A stretch of DNA of 41,295 nt from Candidatus Fermentibacteraceae bacterium (lineage in GTDB: Bacteria > Fermentibacterota > Fermentibacteria > Fermentibacterales > JCC-6), in the NCBI GenBank assembly GCA_041686025.1, contig JAWLEP010000010.1, positions 1 to 41,295 of the forward strand. The letters are read 5' to 3'. The notes beneath the pieces are model-generated. The model was not told the origin of the DNA, did not search any database, and saw only the letters and a program-made list of their open reading frames with translations. The position numbers and the translations under genes are program-made. Shown here one piece after another: positions 34,841-41,295 of this stretch; positions within the stretch are counted from its first letter, which is position 1, and every line of letters begins with the position of its first letter.

Positions 34841-35666
34841 GCACCTGCTGCGCAGGAAGCTTCTCCTGATAGCGCTCCTGGCCGCCCTGGCCATGCTCCT
34901 TCTGTTCTGGTGGGGCGTGTCCGAGGCCTCCGATGCCTACCGCTCCGGGCAGGTCTCGCGGGAAAGCCCCTCGCCGGTGAGCGAGTCGGACATGGCCCTG
35001 GGAGCCGTTCTCATGGGCAGCGTGGGGGCCTCCATGCTCCTGACCGCCCTTACGGTGATACTCTGCGCATCCGTTCTTCCCGAGGAGTTCGAGACCGGCA
35101 GGATATCCCTGTGGGCGGCGCTTCCCATCTCCCGCTCCAGGCTCTACCTGGGCTCCACGGCGGCCTCGCTGGCCTGCTGCCTGCTGCTGGGAGTGCTGCT
35201 GTTCGGGGGCATCGCACTGGTAACCTCGCTGTACATGAGCTTCAGGCCCGAATCGGTTGCCATGGCCCTCCTGGGCCTGGTGGCCTGGCTGGGGGTGGTC
35301 TGGGCCGCCGTCACCACCATGTCCATGCTCACCGGCAAGATACCGGCAATACTCATCACCTTCGGGCTGGCCGGGCTGGCGTCCTTCGGAGGGGGCTTCA
35401 TCCAGCTGGGGGGGCTGGTCCCCGAGGTGGCCGAGTCCACCGTATACCGGCTGGCCATGGGGTTCAGGCTCTTCTTCCCCTCCGACATGGCCCTCCGGGG
35501 GCTGCTGTTCGGCATCATGCCGGCGGAGGGCATGGTGAAAGAGGGCATGGCGTTCGTGGGCGTCAGCGGGCGCACCCCGCTGTGGCATCCCCTCTACGCC
35601 GCCCTGTGGGCCGCGGCCGTCACCGGCCTGGGAATCCTGAGGTTCCGCCGAAGGGACCTTCCCTAG
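34821..35666 (+). CDS. ABC-2-type exporter permease, probable CTG start
   Basis: CTG 34821 lies 6 nt after AAGGAGG and gives (M)FLNTLEHLLRRKLLLIALL; 'EEFETGRI...ALPISRSRLYLG' and C-terminal 'RFRRRDL'. Confidence 0.85.
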   Translation: MFLNTLEHLLRRKLLLIALLAALAMLLLFWWGVSEASDAYRSGQVSRESPSPVSESDMALGAVLMGSVGASMLLTALTVILCASVLPEEFETGRISLWAALPISRSRLYLGSTAASLACCLLLGVLLFGGIALVTSLYMSFRPESVAMALLGLVAWLGVVWAAVTTMSMLTGKIPAILITFGLAGLASFGGGFIQLGGLVPEVAESTVYRLAMGFRLFFPSDMALRGLLFGIMPAEGMVKEGMAFVGVSGRTPLWHPLYAALWAAAVTGLGILRFRRRDLP

Positions 35667-35672
35667 CCGCCC

Positions 35673-36974
35673 TCAGCGCCTGTTCCAGACCGGAGGAGCG
35701 GGAACGCGCCCGTCCAGGTGCACCCTCAGCGCCTCCACCATTGCCCCGTGGTCCCCGGTGCCCGCCATCTCCCTGACGGAGTGCATGGAGAGCATGGGAT
35801 TGCCCACGTCCACGCTGTAGATTCCCAGGCCCGAGGCGGTGATGGGCCCGATGGTGCTCCCGCACGGCATGTCGTTGCGGCTGACGAAGTGCTGGACGTC
35901 CACCCCCGCCTCCTCGGCGCAGAGGCGGAAGTAGGCCGAGGTGTCGGACGACGACGTGTAGCGTTCCTGGGCGTTGACCTTGATCACCGGGCCGCCGTTT
36001 ATCACCGGCCGGGCCCTGCTGTCGTGCCTGTCGGCCCAGTTGGGGTGCACGGCGTGGGCTCCGTCGGCGGAGACCTGCATGGAGAGGGCCAGCGCCCGCA
36101 GGAGTTCCTCCCTTCCCGGGCAGATCCTCTCCAGCGCGGATGCCGTCAGGTTGGAGCCGGCTCCGTTGAGGGTCTTCGAGCCCACCTCCTCGCTGTTGAA
36201 GAGGCAGACCACCCGAGTGCTGTCGGACCGTCCGGACTCCAGCAGGGCCGCAGCGGCCGCGTGACACATGGCCAGGTTGTCGATGCGGCCTCCCAGGACC
36301 AGCTCCCCGCCGGCTCCCCCCAGCCTGGCCGGCTGGGCGTCGTAGAGCTCCAGGTGCATGCCCAGCACGTCCCCTTCGGAGACGCCGCAGGCGTCCGCCG
36401 CCCGGCTCCTCACGTCCTCCAGACCGGTGTCCTCTCCACCGATTATCACCGGCAGGTGCTTCTCCCTGTCCACCTTGAAGCCCTTCTTGTTCACCTCCCT
36501 GTTGAGGTGAATGGCGGGTGTGGCGATCCGGCATACCGGGGCTTCCAGGCTGAACCGCAGCACCGACACGCCTTCTCCCTCCCGGACGGCCAGCCTTCCG
36601 GCCATCAGGAGGTCCCTGTCGAACCAGGTGGCCAGTATGGGGCCGCCGTAGACCTCCACCGCCAGGGTGGTAAGACCGTGGGCCGTCTGCTCCGGGGCCG
36701 GCTTCAGGCGGAAGCCGGGCGAGTCGGTGTGGGCCCCGATGATCCGGAACCCCGCCTCCTCCGGAGGCATGGTGCCCATGCGAACCGCCACCAGGGCGTC
36801 CGAGGAGCGGGTGGTGTAGAAGCTGTCCCCCGGCGCGGGGCTCCAGGGGTCCCGCTCGTCAAGGCGGCCGAACCCCGCCCCCTTCAGCATGCTCTCCGTC
36901 TCGGCCACCGCATGGGCCGATGTGGGGCTGGCGTTGAGGTAGCTGAGAAGCGCTTCTGCTCTCTGTTCAGACAT
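35673..36974 (-). CDS. M18-family (aspartyl) aminopeptidase
   Basis: ASPTSAHAV, IIGAHTDSP, EVYGG..TWFDRDL, RIDNL, EEVGS, SADGAHAVHPN, CGSTIGP, LSMHSVRE; start ATG 36974 with GGAGG RBS. Confidence 0.95.
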   Translation of the reverse strand: MSEQRAEALLSYLNASPTSAHAVAETESMLKGAGFGRLDERDPWSPAPGDSFYTTRSSDALVAVRMGTMPPEEAGFRIIGAHTDSPGFRLKPAPEQTAHGLTTLAVEVYGGPILATWFDRDLLMAGRLAVREGEGVSVLRFSLEAPVCRIATPAIHLNREVNKKGFKVDREKHLPVIIGGEDTGLEDVRSRAADACGVSEGDVLGMHLELYDAQPARLGGAGGELVLGGRIDNLAMCHAAAAALLESGRSDSTRVVCLFNSEEVGSKTLNGAGSNLTASALERICPGREELLRALALSMQVSADGAHAVHPNWADRHDSRARPVINGGPVIKVNAQERYTSSSDTSAYFRLCAEEAGVDVQHFVSRNDMPCGSTIGPITASGLGIYSVDVGNPMLSMHSVREMAGTGDHGAMVEALRVHLDGRVPAPPVWNRR

Positions 36975-37018
36975 TATCCTCCAGACTCTCGGTCCTGCGC
37001 CCGGCGGCGCCTTTGCCG

Positions 37019-40000
37019 CTATCTCACTGCCCCCCGCTCCGCCCCCTCCCGAACTTCGGGGGCGGCCCTGTCCGCGGAGGTCGACGTCCTGCCCCTCACC
37101 TGGTGCATGAAGGCCTCCAGCCGTGCCAGGTTGTCGGTGTCCTCCTGGCCGTCGAAGGCCAGGTTGATCCAGGGCAGCTCGGGATGCTCCCTTCTGAGCC
37201 TCTTCGAGATGGCCGTGACGATGGTTCCCGGCAGGCAGGTGAAGGGGAAGATGTTCACCGCTCCGTCGATGGCCCCGCGGGCGAGGTAGGCCAGGGGGGC
37301 GCCCACGCAGAGAATGGCCTCCCCCCCGGGGTTCTCCGTCATGTAGGGACGGGCGGCCCGCAGTACCTCCGGCGCCTCCAGAGCCGGCCTGTCCGCGAGA
37401 ATGGCCCCGAACGGAGCCTCCATACGGGAGCGCACGTGACCCACCGCCAGGCCCTTCAGCTTTCCCCGCAGGGCGGAGACCAGCCTGCCCCTGCGCAGGG
37501 AACGCTGGACGTGGGAATGGCTGACGTACTCGAACCATTCCACCAGGGGAGTGGGAAGCACCTCCCCCCCCAGCCTCTCGATGCGGTCGGCGGTGTATCC
37601 GTTGGCGTAGGGGTCGTTTCTGACGTAGATCTCACCGAATACGTGCACCAGCGGCCTTCCGGCGCCGTCGCCGGAGACCGCCGCCAGCTCCTCCGCCGCC
37701 TCCTCCAGCACGTCCGTCAGCTCTCCGCCGGCCTCCATGGCGGCGGTCAGCCGGACCAGGGCCCTTCCGTAGGCCCCGTCTGCAGCCCCCGGCTCGCCCT
37801 CGTAGGGGCGGACCCTCAGCAGGCCCCTGTACAGGACGTCGGCGGCGGCTATGCCCCGAAGCAGGTCCAGCTGGAACCCGGGGCCGGAGAGGCCGGGAAC
37901 GCCCCCGTAGGAGCCCGATGAGCTGGAGGTGAGCACCGGAACGTCCCGGAAGCCCTTCCGGCGCAGGAGCAACCTCTGAAAGCTGCAGTACTGGCCGAAG
38001 CGGCAGGGACCGGAGGCGGTGCCCATGAAGAAGGCGGTCCGGTCCGGGTCCTCCCTCTGCAGTATCCGCAGCATGTTGCCGGAGGTGATTATGGAGGGAT
38101 AGCACTCCTTCCCGGTGGTGGCCTCGCGCCCGGCGGAGACCGTATCCCTGCAGGTGGGGGGAATGGCCCTGGCGTCCACGCCCCTCCGTCTCACCGCCGC
38201 CGCCGCCATCCTGGCGGCATCGCTCATCAGAGGGATCCAGAGGGTCCTGTCCTCCAGGGGACGCTCCACGGTGTTGAGGGTACCGCGGTAGGGGGAGGTG
38301 CCCTCCGCCCGCCGGCCCTGCAGGGAGTCCAGGAACGCCTCGCACCTGGTGATGACCCCGGCGTCCGCCGCGTGCTCGTCTATCTCCAGCGTGAGGTAGG
38401 GCTTGCCGCCCATAACCTCTTCGAACACGTGCTGGATGAAGGAGTCGGGCCCGCACCCGAAGTTGGTGAGGTAGACGGCGTTCAGCCTCGGGTCCTCCCT
38501 TACGGCCAGGGCCGCGGCCAGTATCCGCTGCCCGTAGTGCCAGTACATGTTGCGGTGCACCTCCGGAGCCCTCTGCAGCGGAAGGTCCAGGAAGTCCATG
38601 GGAATGACCCTGGCTCCCAGCCGCGAGAGCTTCTCGGGTATGTCGATGCTCACGGTGGTGTCCGCGCTGTTGTAGGGTCTGGCCACCACCACCAGGGCTA
38701 CCTCGTCCTCTCCAATCTCCGAAAGGGCCGCCCTTCCCGCCCGGAGAAGCCCGGACTCGAACTCCGCCTGGGCCCTGGCGGCGGCCCTGCAGGCCCTGCG
38801 CGCCCTGGCGCCCGATACGCCGAGGCCGCGGGCCATGCCCACCAGGGAGCTGCGCCACCTGCCCCGGGAGGAGAAGTCGATCACCGGCGCCAGCGGGCGT
38901 GGCCCGCTCCCGCCGGACAGTCCCAGGCCGGCATCCAGAACGTAGGGGGAGGCCTGCACGAAGGGACAGCTGTAGTTCTCGCTGAACCCCCGGCTGTCGC
39001 CCGCCCTCTGAATCGAGGGAAGGAAGAGGTAATCCACACCCCTGTCCAGCAGGTCCAGAACGTGGCCGTGGGCTATCTTCATGGGGAAGCAGGTCTCCGC
39101 CGCCACGTTCTCCACGCCGCGGTGGACTATCTCCGCGTTGGAGGGGGAGGAGACCACCGGCCGCATACCCAGCTCCTCGAAGAAGGTGCGGAAGAAGGGG
39201 TACCTCTCCCAGAACCAGAGGGCCCGGGGCAGACCCACGGTGGGCCGTCTGTCGCCTGCGGAGGGCTCGCCATCGTCCACGCCCATCATGCGCAGCCGCT
39301 GGGGGAAGTGGTTGCAGCCCCTGTCCCGCCCGCCGGAGTCCCGCTCGTAGCGCTCACAGCGTCCCCCGTAGAAGAGCTTCCTGCCGTCGGCCAGCTCCAC
39401 CCGGTGGATCTCGCAGCTGTTGCTGCAGCCCGAGCAGACAAAGGAGCTCTGGGAGTAGCTCTCCCCGGCCAGGCTGAACCCCCGGAACGCGCTCTGGGCC
39501 GCCCGGTCGCCGGCGGGGGTGCGCTCCCGGGCCAGCAGGGCCGCGCCTATGGCCCCGGTTACGTCGTGGTGCGGGGGAACGGTTACCCGGCCCCTTCCGG
39601 CAAGCACTGCGTTGAATGCCGCCACCACTCCCCGGTTGTAGGCGGTGCCCCCCTGAAAGAATATCCTGCTTCCCACCCTGCGCTCCCCCACCACCCGGTG
39701 AAGGTAGTTGCGGACGATGGAGTAGCAGAGGCCGCCGACGATGTCCCCGGTCTCCGTCCCCGAGGCCTGGTGGGAGACCACATCGCTCTCCATGAACACG
39801 GTGCAGCGCTCCCCCAGCTGCGCAGGGGCCGGTGACTCCAGGGCGGTATCGCCGAAATCGCGGATCTCCAGGCCCAGCCTCTCCGCCTGCTCCTCCAGGA
39901 AGGACCCGGTGCCGGCGGCGCAGACCTTGTTCATCTCGAAATCCACCACCCTTCCGTCGCGAAGGGATATGTACTTCGAGTCCTGGCCCCCTATCTCGAA

Positions 40001-41218
40001 GATGGTGTCCACCCCGGGGTCGATCTCCACCGCGGCCCGCGCCTGGGCCGTGATCTCGTTGCGGATCACGTCGGCGCCCACGAAGTCACCCACCATGTAC
40101 CTGCCGGACCCGGTGGTCCCGGCGCCCAGGACCCTCACCCCCTCCGGCAGCTGCGACGACACCTCCGCCAGGCCCCGCTTAACCGCCTCCAGCGGCTTGC
40201 CGGCGGTCATCAGGTAGCTCTTTGCCACCAGGCTGCCGGCGCCGTCCAGAGCCACCACGTTGGTGCTGATGGAGCCCACGTCAATTCCCAGGTAGACCTC
40301 GGGGACTTCCGCATCGGCCAGTGCCGAATCGGGGACATCGCTCTCCATCCCCGCCAGGGGCGGCAGCACGTCCCCCCTGCCTCCGGTCTGGGAGTCCCCC
40401 AGACGCTGGACGAAGTCCGGAGGGACGGTGCCCAGGGAGTCTTCCCTTGCGGCCAGGGCCGCCCCGGCGGCGGCCAGTGTGCTGAAGCCCTCCGGGACGA
40501 AGATCCCGCTCTCCCCGCCCAGGACCTCCCGGAACGCTCTGACCATGCCGGAATTGGCGGCTACGCCGCCCACGAAGGCCACCGGGGGCCTGAACTCCTT
40601 TCCCGAGGCGATGGAGCTCTTGAAGTTCCTGGCCACCGCGAAGCACAGCCCGGCCACTATGTCCCTCACCGGCGTCCCGATCTGCTGCAGGTGGATCATG
40701 TCCGACTTGGCGAAGACGCTGCATCGCCCCGCGATCCTGGGGGGACTCTGGCAGAGCTCGGCCTCCCTGCCCATGCTCTCCGGGTCCAGGCCCAGGCGGG
40801 TGGCCTGCTGATCCAGGAAGGACCCTGTTCCGGCGGCGCAGACGGAGTTCATGGCGAAATCGTCGAAGAGGCTCCTCCCGTCCGCTCCCTCCCTGAACAG
40901 CAGCAGCTTCGAGTCCTGGCCCCCCATCTCCACCACGGATCTGACCTCGGGCAGAAAAGCCACCACGGCGGAGGAGAGGGCCACCACCTCGTTGACGGGC
41001 CTGGCACCGATGAGGTCCGCTACAAGTCCCGAGCCGCTGCCGGTGACGGCGCAGGGAATGCCTGTCAGGTCGTCCATCTCCGACAGCATCAGCGCCAGGG
41101 CCTCCCCCGGGCGTCCGTAGTGCCGGCGGTAGCTGGAGGAGACTGCGCGCCCGTCATCCAGAAGCGTCAGCTTGACGCTTACCGAGCCTAGATCGATTCC
41201 TGCCTTGTGACGTTGCAT
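37019..41218 (-). CDS. 2-hydroxyacyl-CoA dehydratase activase fusion (two BadF/BcrAD ASKHA domains plus DUF2229-like domains)
   Basis: Twice GID.GS, GGQDSK, MN.VCAAGTGSFL..QA and RC.VF..SD; CSGCSNSC; ETCFPMKIAHGH; FGCGPD; DEH...AGVITRCEAF; GPCRFGQY; PFTCLP. Confidence 0.9.
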   Translation of the reverse strand: MQRHKAGIDLGSVSVKLTLLDDGRAVSSSYRRHYGRPGEALALMLSEMDDLTGIPCAVTGSGSGLVADLIGARPVNEVVALSSAVVAFLPEVRSVVEMGGQDSKLLLFREGADGRSLFDDFAMNSVCAAGTGSFLDQQATRLGLDPESMGREAELCQSPPRIAGRCSVFAKSDMIHLQQIGTPVRDIVAGLCFAVARNFKSSIASGKEFRPPVAFVGGVAANSGMVRAFREVLGGESGIFVPEGFSTLAAAGAALAAREDSLGTVPPDFVQRLGDSQTGGRGDVLPPLAGMESDVPDSALADAEVPEVYLGIDVGSISTNVVALDGAGSLVAKSYLMTAGKPLEAVKRGLAEVSSQLPEGVRVLGAGTTGSGRYMVGDFVGADVIRNEITAQARAAVEIDPGVDTIFEIGGQDSKYISLRDGRVVDFEMNKVCAAGTGSFLEEQAERLGLEIRDFGDTALESPAPAQLGERCTVFMESDVVSHQASGTETGDIVGGLCYSIVRNYLHRVVGERRVGSRIFFQGGTAYNRGVVAAFNAVLAGRGRVTVPPHHDVTGAIGAALLARERTPAGDRAAQSAFRGFSLAGESYSQSSFVCSGCSNSCEIHRVELADGRKLFYGGRCERYERDSGGRDRGCNHFPQRLRMMGVDDGEPSAGDRRPTVGLPRALWFWERYPFFRTFFEELGMRPVVSSPSNAEIVHRGVENVAAETCFPMKIAHGHVLDLLDRGVDYLFLPSIQRAGDSRGFSENYSCPFVQASPYVLDAGLGLSGGSGPRPLAPVIDFSSRGRWRSSLVGMARGLGVSGARARRACRAAARAQAEFESGLLRAGRAALSEIGEDEVALVVVARPYNSADTTVSIDIPEKLSRLGARVIPMDFLDLPLQRAPEVHRNMYWHYGQRILAAALAVREDPRLNAVYLTNFGCGPDSFIQHVFEEVMGGKPYLTLEIDEHAADAGVITRCEAFLDSLQGRRAEGTSPYRGTLNTVERPLEDRTLWIPLMSDAARMAAAAVRRRGVDARAIPPTCRDTVSAGREATTGKECYPSIITSGNMLRILQREDPDRTAFFMGTASGPCRFGQYCSFQRLLLRRKGFRDVPVLTSSSSGSYGGVPGLSGPGFQLDLLRGIAAADVLYRGLLRVRPYEGEPGAADGAYGRALVRLTAAMEAGGELTDVLEEAAEELAAVSGDGAGRPLVHVFGEIYVRNDPYANGYTADRIERLGGEVLPTPLVEWFEYVSHSHVQRSLRRGRLVSALRGKLKGLAVGHVRSRMEAPFGAILADRPALEAPEVLRAARPYMTENPGGEAILCVGAPLAYLARGAIDGAVNIFPFTCLPGTIVTAISKRLRREHPELPWINLAFDGQEDTDNLARLEAFMHQVRGRTSTSADRAAPEVREGAERGAVR

Positions 41219-41295
41219 GTGGCAATCCTTCCGGGAACCATGCCCTCTCCAGCGCGCAGTCCGTAACCAAGGCCGCAATATAACAGGGCTGCAGA

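Noticed and set aside
36975..37538. N-terminal extension of the M18 aminopeptidase given by the ORF track
   Set aside because: Overlaps the activase gene; ATG 36974 has a GGAGG RBS and family similarity starts there.

Overview
GC-rich bacterial chromosomal window, most likely spanning the replication terminus. A 28-bp dif (XerC/XerD) site at 7196-7223 sits where gene orientation flips from mostly + to mostly -. The host is probably a diderm FCB-group anaerobe; this is inferred from a FlgD-Ig/T9SS-type C-terminal domain, a MoxR-Bat operon and a BtuB/BtuG-like pair. Left of dif: a partial secreted beta-helix gene and a cmk-plsC-rpsA-mtaB-coaE-TPR operon. Right of dif: a PAS hybrid histidine kinase; a long minus-strand run (M14 peptidase, rpmA without rplU, hutI, MshEN-containing TPR protein, DUF512 Fe-S protein, degenerate histidine kinase, phosphomannomutase, moxR-DUF58-batABCD); tRNA-Pro(UGG); a PHP-GT4 fusion; a cobalamin riboswitch ahead of a TonB-dependent receptor and a beta-propeller lipoprotein; a flippase/FAD-oxidoreductase pair; an ABC exporter; an M18 aminopeptidase; and a large acyl-CoA dehydratase activase fusion. 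I saw no mobile element, CRISPR array or defence system. The most notable observations are the dif site, repeated apparent CTG initiation (cmk, batD, ABC permease, possibly btuB), a candidate c-di-GMP signalling module (MshEN-TPR, DUF512, pseudo-kinase) and a CoaE with Gln replacing the Walker-A Lys. All calls come from motif recognition by eye; no searches were run.
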